The notes under the pieces are model-generated. The model was not told the DNA's origin, did no database searches, and saw only the letters and a program-made list of their open reading frames with translations. Position numbers and translations under genes: made by a program. DNA of 63,650 nucleotides, counting the filler, from Octopus bimaculoides (lineage: Eukaryota), in NCBI RefSeq assembly GCF_001194135.2. It is 8 parts of 6 records of this genome, joined end to end, with 100 filler letters (N's around TTAATTAATTAA, not from the genome) between each part and the next. Parts side by side here need not be neighbours in the genome. Positions count along the whole stretch, not along the records: positions 44,650 to 54,584 come from NC_069006.1; positions 54,685 to 57,382 come from NC_068983.1; positions 57,483 to 60,021 come from NC_068987.1; positions 60,122 to 63,650 come from NC_068992.1; 4 more parts are not named here. One strand, written 5' to 3'. Of the stretch, positions 52,583 to 63,650 are shown piece by piece (position 1 is the stretch's first letter; the number at the start of each line of letters is the position of its first letter).

Positions 52583-52633
52583 CTGGAGGGGTTAGATTAT
52601 GTACAACAGCAACACCATTATTGGTAGAATGTT
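52583..52633 (-). CDS. Candidate 51-nt symmetric exon (E)HSTNNGVAVVHNLTPP(G), phase 1-1
   Basis: ttttcccag acceptor, CAG|gtaatt donor. Phase-compatible with 50155-50215. Confidence 0.35.
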
Positions 52634-52871
52634 CTGGGAAAATGGTTCATGATGTAATGCTAACAACACAGAAATAGGTGAAGATGGCGGGAAAGATATG
52701 TTTTTGTTGAAGAGAGGAATTAAAACTGAGATGGATTTATTTTTGGTGTTAATAAAATTGTTGTGTAAAGCATAAAATAATATGTTTGTGATTGGTGCCA
52801 TTGATTGAAGAATTACTATTTTGGTATCTTAGAACCAAATGGATAAATAACAAGGAATCATATTCCTGTAC

Positions 52872-53060
52872 CAGTGGTTCTCAACCATTTCTTTTACCTA
52901 TGGACCCCTTTCATTACTATTTTATTCTGGTGGACCCACCCCTAGCCATTTAATGTTTAAGAATTAGTCCTATAGAGACTTTTTTCATAATTCCTATTTG
53001 CTTTCCACTCATTCCTTTGTGTCGGTTGAACTATGCAAAACGGCAGAGCAGTGGTTCTTA
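52872..53060. mobile_element. hAT-type MITE fragment
   Basis: CAGTGGTTCTCAACC start, with a second CAGTGGTTCTTAACC at ~53048. No closing TIR found. Confidence 0.5.
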
Positions 53061-53779
53061 ACCTTGTATACTTGTAGCCCCAACTCTTTTGGGGTGTGAG
53101 TGGTGAGTGAGGTATCATAAATAAACTAACTTAACATGGAGGATTATTTTACTCTAAAAATGGATTGTATAAGCTTTTTAACATTGAAATGAGAAAAACA
53201 TTAAGACATGCTGTAAATTTACACAGGAATGGTTGTATAGGGGCAGGCGTGGCTGTGTGGTAAGAAGCTTACTTCCTGACCACATGGTTCTTGGGCAAGT
53301 ATCTTCCACTGTAGCCTCGAGTCAACCAAAGCCTTGAAATGGCAGATGCGCTTCCAGTGTTTTGTGTTCTAAATGCAATATCTATGATGACAGCGGCACC
53401 AGGCTGTACCATTCCAAGACTTCAGCCTTGGACAAACAATGGTGGAAGAGAGAGAGAGAGAGAGAGTGGGGAGGAGGAGACTTGTGTTGATGGGCAGCTG
53501 GCAGTGTTTTGCGAGAGAAGACGTCTTGCTCAGGTCTACTCATAATTGTGTAGATATGTGGTCAGTCTGGACCGATACAGGCTCTAGGTCTATTCTACAG
53601 ATGTAGAATAGGATGATATTTAATAGAGGGAAGTGAAGTCGGTAAAATATGACCATCACTCCAGAATAAACACCACTACCACCACTACTGCTATTTCCTT
53701 CTCCTTCCTGCCTATTTACCTCTTCTCACAATTGCCCCCACCGCCACTAACACAAACACCACCACCATCACCACCGCTT

Positions 53780-53819
<40 letters not shown>

Positions 53820-54332
53820 CGCCTGTACCAAACACTAAGACCCCAATCCCAACAAGTTGTCAGTTCTAAAACTCTCCTAAACAGCTTAGCATTTCTTTAT
53901 TGATTAATTATGGTTTCTGAGGGGAAGAATTGGACAAGTTCCCCTCAGGCAATCTGGTTCCCACCTCCACCACATACATATATCTATGTGGGTGGGGGTG
54001 TATGCATGTATTTATGAATGTGTGTGCATGTGTGTATGTGTATACAGTGATACAGAGAGAAAGATGGATAAAGACATAGGTATATACACATACAAATATA
54101 TATGTATATATTTATAATTATACATATACATACCTATACATATGTATGTATATACATACACACACACACAAACACATATATACACAGACATGCAGGAAGT
54201 AAATAGACACTTTTAATTTTCAAAATTTCTGATCTAAGTGTCTTAATATGTTTTCAGCAGTGTAGAACTTACAATGTAACTATTCTTCTTCATTCCAGGT
54301 GCTATTATATTAAACATTTGCGAAGAGTAACC

Positions 54333-54420
54333 ATGCCACGCACAAAAAATTCAGCAGAACTGTCAGATTTTCAAAGAGGTCATATTGTTGGGCAATCTAA
54401 GGTGGTCTTAGCCAGCAAAA
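54333..54420 (+). pseudogene. Tc1-like transposase N-terminus interrupted by a SINE/LINE-tail insertion
   Basis: MPRTKNSAELSDFQRGHIVGQSK matches the Tc1 ELSxFQRGxIVG HTH start. Confidence 0.7.
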
Positions 54421-54793
54421 AATCATCATCATCATCATCGTTTAACGTCCGCTTTCCATGCTAGCATGGGTTGGATGATTTGACTGAAGACTGGTGGACC
54501 GGGAGGCGACACCAGGCTCCAATTTGATATGGCAGAGTTTCTACAGATAGATGCCCTCCCTAATGCCAACCACTCCGAGAGTGCNNNNNNNNNNNNNNNN
54601 NNNNNNNNNNNNNNNNNNNNNNNNNNNNTTAATTAATTAANNNNNNNNNNNNNNNNNNNNNNNNNNNNNNNNNNNNNNNNNNNNTCTTCATATTGCATTT
54701 AATGTAATGCTCGCATTACTTAAATAAATGGAGTAGCATGAAACGTGCGTACTGCAATCATCTTTGAAATCCGTGTTGTTTATTTTGATTGTT

Positions 54794-54826
<33 letters not shown>

Positions 54827-56850
54827 CTGTATGTAGGTATGTATGCAGCTATATATTTGCAATCATTTATGGGTATATCATGTACATGTAAATGTATGTA
54901 TTTAGATATATGCATCTATATGTACACACATATGTAGTTGTAGGTTGGTATGCACTAATATCTGGGTATATATATATATATATATATGCTTGTATTGACA
55001 ATTAGGTTTGTAATATGCCTACATGTACACGTACATGTATATACTTATCTACGAATACAGTTATATGGATGTGTGGGTAGACTTATATGTATATGTAAGT
55101 AGGTGTGTGTGTGGTTGTGTGTGTGTGGGGGGGAATACACGTGTAGGTGTGCGTGTATATGTGTATGTGTGTGTGTGTGTGTGTGTGTGCGTGCTCGTGC
55201 GTGTGTGAATATATATGGATGTGTGAGTGAGTGTGTATTCCCGGCTATGGACTCTGGTATGTAACGCTATTTTAACCATGGTTTGGACAGATTAGTTCAT
55301 CGATTGATTGATTGGTCAATTAACTGTGTACTCATTTGAGTGGATGAAGGATTGGCTGATTGATGGATGAACTGATGTATTGGATAATTAGTCGTTAGAA
55401 TAATAAGTTTTAGAAGATACTCAAATCTAGAGTTACCCCCATTCACTCTTGTCTCTATAATAAATAGTGTGCCACATATAGGTTTAACAGTAGAAGTAAT
55501 TAGTTATACTAATAGGCGAATCACTAAGTTTATGAATAACTACCTTAGGAGTTAATTAGTTTAGTGACTCAACTATAATAGGGAATCCTGCTGTCAGACA
55601 TAATAAATTTTAAACATAATCTAAGACAATGGGGCGGGTACAATAACTTTTGATCGTATTTTTACCAAAAATAATTACAATTTGATAACATGTAGGTATA
55701 CTCTATATATGTAGGGGTCTTAGTAAGTAATCTGAGACTGTATTATAGACGTTATTTTAGCGTTTAACGACAGCATACCATGAAGAGCAATACAAGCAGT
55801 CTTATAGTATTACTATGTTATTGTTTTGCTTTGTTAATTTACCCATTATTGTAGTGTAGTCGTGTATGTGTGTATATATACACAAATATTTATTTATATC
55901 CGCATATAAACTTCTCAATAATTTATTTAATTTTTGTATTATTTATATACACTCCATCTATATAAGTATATACAGGCATGTGAGTGTGTATGTATGTGTA
56001 TGTATACGTATGTCTACACGTATATAAATATATAAATGCACACGTATGTGTGGATGTATGTATATATATGTATATATACTCATGCCTAATTCATTTGACC
56101 GGTTAGTGGTTATCCAACCGTAGCTAAGCCAAGACAGTTTAAAATAATAGATGTCCAATTAGATGAGATGACTTATCAGCAAAAATTACCCCTCCCCAAT
56201 GCCAGCAGGATTCCAAATACCCACTATCAGCTTGACTCTAACTTCTCCATAAACAGAAAAATAACGGAGTATCTCATCGCAGGTTAAACAGTCTAGACAT
56301 TATTATCATAACAAATTCTCAAGAAATAGTTTTTACATATATCCGTCCATCACATACAGGCCTGACACGTTCGTACCCCACAGGTTTTGCATATAAACAA
56401 ATACATATATATACATATAGGTCTGAACATTGTGCTGAAAATAAAGTGATAAGAACCGATTCACCGGTCCTCTTTTCCGAACGCAATTAAAAGCGTATGT
56501 ACTAGGGACATGTATGTATGGGAGAGTTTGTATATACATATGTGTAAGTATGTATGTATGTATGTATGTATGTATGTGTGTGGGGGGGTATATATATATA
56601 TGTGTCTGTCCTCCTCATATATAGTAACAATAACATTTGACTCTTTGGTGTGCATGTATAGACATTTATGTATGTACATCTAAACACACCTATAGGTATT
56701 CATGTATTTATGTTTATGTATTTATGTATATCTGTATATGGTAATGTATGCATGCATATGCATATATATGTAAGTTTTTATGACTTTTTATATGCTTTTA
56801 TATTTTTATATTTATATTTGAATTTTGTAAACTTCATGAACTGAACTTTG

Positions 56851-56988
56851 TAAATCTCTGAAGAGGCCTAGAGAATCATGCATGTATCTCCATTGCATCC
56901 TTTTCATCTACCAATTACTCCAGCTTACTGGGGTTATATAGATAGAATGGGGCAGACCACCACTAGGCCGAAACAGCTGTAAGACTTT
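56851..56988 (+). ncRNA. Type I hammerhead ribozyme with canonical core and a long loop II
   Basis: aaatct-CTGAAGA-GGCCTAG-(91 nt)-CTAGGCC-GAAA-CAGCTG-TA-agacttt. Predicted GUA cleavage after 56981. Confidence 0.75.
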
Positions 56989-58069
56989 TAAATTTTTAAG
57001 TTTCAATTGTTGCTATGACATAGTGTGTCATATGTGTTTGTATATTGTCCTTATTGTCCTTTTGGTTGAAAAATGAATAGGTTGATTAACAGAGTACAAT
57101 GTCTGCAAGTTGATGAGTACCACATATTCCCCTCCATTCTCTTATTGCTATATATATATATATATATAATTCATCAAGTAGAGGACATCACCCACGAGTG
57201 CAAAATGCGTAAACACATAATGAGAGAAAAGCACGGGAAAAAATACCAAAAGAAGTCAAACCTCTCCTCAGCTGTCGACTGTTAATTACTCCCTATTTCG
57301 AGCTTTCATCGACAAGATAGGAAACGTTCATAAAACAGAAGCATCCAGAAATTTTGAAAGTATATAATTTGTGGAGAGTTAGNNNNNNNNNNNNNNNNNN
57401 NNNNNNNNNNNNNNNNNNNNNNNNNNTTAATTAATTAANNNNNNNNNNNNNNNNNNNNNNNNNNNNNNNNNNNNNNNNNNNNAAAAAAACCAACAGACGA
57501 GGACAGGTGGTGTAAACAACAAAAGGATGTATTAGTATGACGCTCGGGGATACGGAAAGTCTTTAACGTTTCGAGCTACGCTCTACAACAGAAAGAATAC
57601 GGAGAAAACATGGAGAAAAACACGGAGAAAATAAAAAAAAGGCACGCACGCACACACGCACGCACACACACACGCACACACACATATACGTACTTATCTA
57701 AGCATTGGGTAAATACCAAGTAGTTATCCGATCTGGCATGCTCACTGCTTATGTCTACCCGACGTCATCTACGGCATTTATACAATTGTCGCTAGATCGG
57801 AATTCCTGTTATCGTCGAGTATATAATAAATGATAGAGACACAAAATGGAATTTTTCTCGTATACTCCATTTTCTGCCTCTCTTATTTGTATTATGTTTA
57901 AGTACACTTTCAGTCATATTATATAAACTCTACGGACACGAAGGAATTTCTGAAGTATACCCAGTGGTAGTAACATCGATACTGATGTAGACATTAGGTA
58001 GCCGAATACAGTGAACGGGCTTTGAAATATGAGCTTGTTGATAAGTCTATAACAATACGTAAATATATA

Positions 58070-58380
58070 CGTGGCACCTTGGGCAAGTGTCTTCTACTAT
58101 AGTCTCGGGCCGACCAAAGCTTTGTGTGTGGTTTTGGTAGACAGACACTGAAAGAAACCCGTCGTATGTATATTTTTATACATATATGTATGTGTGTGTA
58201 TATGTTTGTGTGTCTGTGTTTGTCTCCCCACTGTCGCTTGAAAACCGATGCTGGTTCGGCAAAAAAAGACCGATAGAATAAGTACTAGGCTTACAAAGAA
58301 TAAGTCTTGGGGTCGATTTGCTCGACTAAAGCCGGTGCTCCAGTATGGCCGCAGTCAAATGACTGAAACAAGCAAAAGAG
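58070..58380 (+). mobile_element. SINE A (5'-truncated head, microsatellite, tail)
   Basis: Matches both the head and tail consensus. Confidence 0.85.
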
Positions 58381-60121
58381 TATATGTATTTTCCTTATTG
58401 ACACTCAGCCATCTATATATTGTATCCATTTGCCATTACCAAGACGTCTGTGTAGCCTACAGAAATCGTGAGTTCTGCAGATATTTATTATCTTCACCAG
58501 TATGTGTTATTGTTTACATGTCACCACTACGCTTGTCTGATGGTGTGTGTATGCTCTGAAATTTAAGCGTAATATAATTCAGCAATATGGTTGCATGCAT
58601 ATATATAAATATATTCTGAAGAATTGGAGAATTCCGCCTATTCCTGACTGACTTGATATCTTTCCAGCCTTATCATTTAAGGTCTAAGCAGTATAACCCT
58701 TTTTACCTTTCGACACTTTAGTTTCATTTCCCTTTTCTCTCCCTTACCGTCGTTTACTGTCTGAGTTTTATATATGCTGCCATCTCAACTTTATTGTGTT
58801 TCTTCTATTTCTTTAATTTTTTTTAGTTCGTTATGATATGTGGTTTCCGCCTGAAGAATATGTTTGAGTTCTCTCAACATATGAAATCATTAGTCACATG
58901 TACTGTGTCCTTTAAAGAGACATATGACTTTTCCAAACGCTCGTAGCGATACATTAAATGTTTATAAATTCCATCCAAATATTATTATTATTATAATTAT
59001 TATTATTACCATATTTACTCTATATTCATATCAGTACAACTCGATGCAACACTAAAAGCTGGCTCACCAGTCAACATCGATAGACTGTCGCCGGCATAAC
59101 AGAATAGGAGCTTTATTGCATATTCAAAACGTTTCCCCTAAACAAATTTAAAAGTTGTCTATATGTGTGTGTGTGTGTGTGTGTGTGAGTGTGTGTGTGC
59201 GCGCGTATACACACATATACATCCTGTAGATACATGGGATTACAATCATGGGTTTCTGACTTTGATTCTTGAGACGGGGCTGGATATTGTGTCTTTATTT
59301 CATGTTGCTTCAGTCCACTCAGCGTTTAAAATGAGTTGCGACATCACTAGTCTAGGAACCAAACTGTATCAGCATCAGTCTTCCCCTTGGGAAACTGGCA
59401 TGCATAGGCGACTGTTGGTCTTCCACAAACAAATTTGCTCGGGCTATTGACTTGGCGGGGAATTCTCTTGCTGCAATTCCGTGGCCATTCATGACCGAAC
59501 GATGTCTTTTCATTTTTTATAAACATATTCATAATCGTCAACCCGTTTTGCATACATATTAGGCTTTGATAGCCGTATGAACGTCTTCATATCAAAATAC
59601 TACAAATTTGTGACATTCCTGCAAATATGATCTCATAAAATATATACCATCAAAGTTACCTACACTTCTTTACATTTTTAGCTGACCAACGTTATTATCT
59701 GCCACGGAAAATTCGATGACTTCGATAATTTCATTCTCTTTCCCTTTAACTTACTTCATCTTCCCTATTCTATTTTTTTCAGGTAGCTAATCTATAGCGT
59801 TTAAAATGATACTTCTAAAAAACTGTGTGGATTGAAATATATTCAAACACATGCAAACTATTAAAGTTAATATATTTAATTCTAATTCTGTAAATATTGA
59901 TTATTTTATTCAGCTTGTAAATGCCAGTTTTCTAAGGAACATATACAACCTAGAATTACATAAACACACACAAAACATACAAAATGTATGCATATCTATA
60001 TGTTTATATAGATATGCATATNNNNNNNNNNNNNNNNNNNNNNNNNNNNNNNNNNNNNNNNNNNNTTAATTAATTAANNNNNNNNNNNNNNNNNNNNNNN
60101 NNNNNNNNNNNNNNNNNNNNN

Positions 60122-60166
<45 letters not shown>

Positions 60167-60959
60167 CGTGTATATGTGTGTGTATGTATATATACGCACG
60201 CACATATACAGAGAAAGAGACCCACAGAAAGAGGGGGAGTGTGACAGAGACAGAGACAGACAGAGATAGAGAGAAGTATACAAAATGAACTCGATAAAAC
60301 GCATGATTTCATGTTGAAGTATGGGTTATCAGATATACATATAGTAGATATAAAGTATAGGTCTCTTCCTCTTCTATCAATAAAGTGTCTGTGTGTCGAA
60401 TATTTAATGAGTTCTAACGTTCTATCTTTAAACAAATCTCTTACTTTTTTATTAGAGATATTCACTGTTTTTTGCACTCGTGTCAAGCCACATAGTTTAA
60501 ACGAGATGGAGGTTGATTGTGTCGGAATTTCAGTATCTGAATATTAATGACTTGTAGGGACGCGGTATTTCGTTATGCAACCATAATATAATACAAAATA
60601 TACTAAACGCTTTTATAAGTCAATACCGTGTTCTAACGTGTTAGTAGTGCCCTTTACATCAATTGTTAGGGGAATATCTACAGATGTACAATAAAAATTA
60701 TAGCCAGCACTGATTTTTTTACGACGTTTCGTATCTGTGACGTGAAATGAAAACAAACAATGAGATCGAAGGTGTATATACCACATTTCGGGAGTTTTTG
60801 TTCTTTCATCAGTGGCGTATTCACTTTTTTAACCTTTACACTGATCATACCCTTGTTATTTCGTTTTATGTTTCGTAAACTTCATTTTGTGTCTGTACCT
60901 TAGTGATCTTAGATAAGATGAATATCATAGTTGTCGGCTGTTCGTCGTAGGTCGACATT

Positions 60960-61170
60960 GACTGTTCTCTTTAGAGCAAAACGCCTTCGGCAGTAAGGCA
61001 GATGTCATCGATACACCTTCCCTCAGAGATGGCCTCTCTGGTCCTCCACGCCATGTATGAAGTGATGTACAACAATACAACGAGTATAGGTAACGATGAA
61101 GCTGCCCTACAGTAGCAGTTAACTTGCTTCTTAAAGTTCAACCGGTGTTTGGTGGTACACATCATCTGGT
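60960..61170 (-). mobile_element. Possible Tx1/L1-like LINE 3' remnant
   Basis: ILVVLLYITSYMAWRTREAISEGR weakly resembles the hydrophobic..W+TR motif of the Tx1 ORF2 C-terminus. Confidence 0.3.
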
Positions 61171-62799
61171 TGGCCGCTATAACCTTCGTGCATTTGGTCT
61201 AGGATCTCTCTGCTTTATTGCTTATCTAAAGTCCTGCTATCGACGCTTTCACCGTATCGCTGGCATGGAAAGCTAAGAGGTATCTAGCACTTGCTCAAGG
61301 TGTCATCCCACTCTATAGATGGAAGGGGCGATTACTCTACATTTTACGACCTACTAATGCGGTTTCTGTACCTTAGATATATAAATAGATATATAGAAAG
61401 AGAGATAAGGGGGATGTTATATCTTAGATTTGAATATTTGTCTGATGCTCAACTTTTTCGATTTTTAGAATACAAAGTTGACTTCAGCCATTTATTATTT
61501 TAGAACATATGTAATAATATGTATTGTAGTAGAAATGGGGAACCCATCGCACAGGACAAGTGGTATTACCTGCCACTATAAAGGGAGACGAGATCAACCA
61601 GTAAGGGGAGTCGTCGTGTGCCAGTCGTTGTAGAGTCGTTGTGCAAGTTCTCAGTTGGAACTAAATGCCAGTCGAGTTCGAGTCACAGTGAAGGTAAACG
61701 GTTCAAATTCAGGCTCTTGCAGAGCTGTAGCACGATAGACGAAGTGGTGTATTACCATTCCGGTATAGAAGAGATACACTGTATAAGATACCAAAAAAAT
61801 AACGTGGCTACAAGAGTCGGTACAACAGCTACAGTCACAACAGTGGCCACGCATTATAACTATGGAAAACACCACCTCATAAAAATATGACCAATGGCAT
61901 TGGTTTGGTGATTTAATGAATTTGAAAATCTAACATCGGTAAATTCGTGACATTTGCTTTCTAATATAGATGTAAATTTGTATGTTTGCACGAAAGAAAT
62001 AGAGGGGTATATGTAATGAGTATTTGACTGGTCCCTTAATTCACAAACTCGCGAAATGTTGCTTGAAGTCAAAACTTTAAAAGTTTGTAACAAAATTCTA
62101 GTAGGAATTGCAACCGATAATCTAATGTCTCTATATATGCTCACCCCAACTGAATTCCTAAATCTTTAATCACAAGAAATTGGCATGGGTAAAGTGTTAC
62201 AACAAATTTCTGAAAGGCGTCTTACAAAATATTTGCAGACGATAATACGATAAAGGTAGCCATTTTGATCACATCTGAAAACAAATTTTCACGCAATCTA
62301 CAGGTATTTATTCAATATATATATATATATATATANNNNNNNNNNNNNNNNNNNNNNNNNNNNNNNNNNNNNNNNNNNNNNNNNNNNNNNNNNNNNNNNN
62401 NNNNNNNNNNNNNNNNNNNNNNNNNNNNNNNNNNNNNNNNNNNNNNNNNNNNNNNNNNNNNNNNNNNNNNNNNNNNNNNNNNNNNNNNNNNNNNNNNNNN
62501 NNNNNNNNNNNNNNNNNNNNNNNNNNNNNNNNNNNNNNNNNNNNNNNNNNNNNNNNNNNNNNNNNNNNNNNNNNNNNNNNNNNNNNNNNNNNNNNNNNNN
62601 NNNNNNNNNNNNNNNNNNNNNNNNNNNNNNNNNNNNNNNNNNNNNNNNNNNNNNNNNNNNNNNNNNNNNNNNNNNNNNNNNNNNNNNNNNNNNNNNNNNN
62701 NNNNNNNNNNNNNNNNNNNNNNNNNNNNNNNNNNNNNNNNNNNNNNNNNNNNNNNNNNNNNNNNNNNNNNNNNNNNNNNNNNNNNNNNNNNNNNNNNNN

Positions 62800-62852
<53 letters not shown>

Positions 62853-63617
62853 ATATATTCGTATATAATCATAAATTATAAAACATTATTGTAGTTTTCG
62901 TCGAGTACTCAGCACCGTTTAGTAATTTTCTCGCACCTAAAATATCAAATAGTAATCTGATTTATTAATTTTTCTATTAAATTCAAATAATAGAAAAATA
63001 GTTCAAGATCAATACATGTTGCTTATGATTAAAAATTGAAATCAAATTTGTTAAACGTTATTTCCATTTTCCATTTACATTCGCTTGTAAATTATTAAAT
63101 TACAAAACATGCCCAAATGCGTACGCATCTAAATACATTACGCACAAAATGGCATGTATAGATGTACGTATGTACGCGTATATGTGTGTGCTTTTGTTTT
63201 TGTGTGTGTGTGTGTGTGTGTATTTGTGTGTGTGAGCGTGCGCGTGTGTATGCTCGCACGCGCACATATACATATGGTTTGCTTGTACTCATTAATACGT
63301 AATAGCTTCCTGATTGAATCGCTTCATTTCAAAATTCTTGTCTCTATTCCAGAAACTAGCTAAAATTAATCCAATCGAATATTGCCTATTTTTTACTCTT
63401 CTTTTATTACATACGTACATAGGAAAAATGAGACAGTGAGAGAGAGAGAGAGAGAGAGAACGAGAGAGAGAAAGGGAGAGATAGAGAGATAGAGAGATAG
63501 AGGGTGTGTAAGAAGGAAAGAGAACATGAGGTAGAGAAAAGTGAGAAAGATACTGAGAAGAATCGAGAAATTTGGGAACAGGATATAAAGAACGAACGTG
63601 TAACAAGGAATGATACA

Positions 63618-63650
<33 letters not shown>

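Noticed and set aside
36333-54584. CRISPR-like recurrence of near-identical repeats
   Set aside because: They are kilobases apart, in both orientations, with (GAT)n tails: retroposon copies in a eukaryote.
61560-62000. Possible LTR/gag remnant (TATAAAGG followed by cagtcg)
   Set aside because: No second LTR, PBS or convincing gag motif.

Overview
Repeat-saturated, AT-rich eukaryotic genomic scaffold with many N-gaps. The SINE families, the extreme (AT)n/(GT)n/(ATAC)n load and the TTAATTAATTAA gap spacers suggest an Octopus-type coleoid cephalopod assembly (inference, not searched). No intact gene or intact transposon ORF is visible, and nearly all ORFs in the supplied track are microsatellite or N-gap artefacts. 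The window contains: decayed LINE fragments (R4/Dong, RTE, Tx1/L1-like, and RTE-like tails with C2H2 zinc fingers); Tc1/mariner fossils (mariner, DD37D/maT-like, Tc1); hAT and Helitron-like ends; Penelope-like GIY-YIG remnants; and dozens of SINE copies. Signals not explained by the ORF track are: (1) several hammerhead-ribozyme motifs, one with a fully canonical core at 56851-56988(+) and one near-canonical at 9899-9957(-) paired head-to-head with a deleted, non-cleavable copy, mostly inside inverted repeats typical of Penelope-like termini; (2) at least eight fold-back structures, including a perfect 62-bp inverted repeat joined to an unidentified, highly structured segment (44650-44918); (3) short minus-strand segments with canonical splice signals and compatible phases (52583-52633, 50155-50215, 48203-48360, 46350-46472, 11047-11172) that may be exons of an unrecognised host gene. 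All family assignments come from remembered motifs and manual alignment, not database searches.
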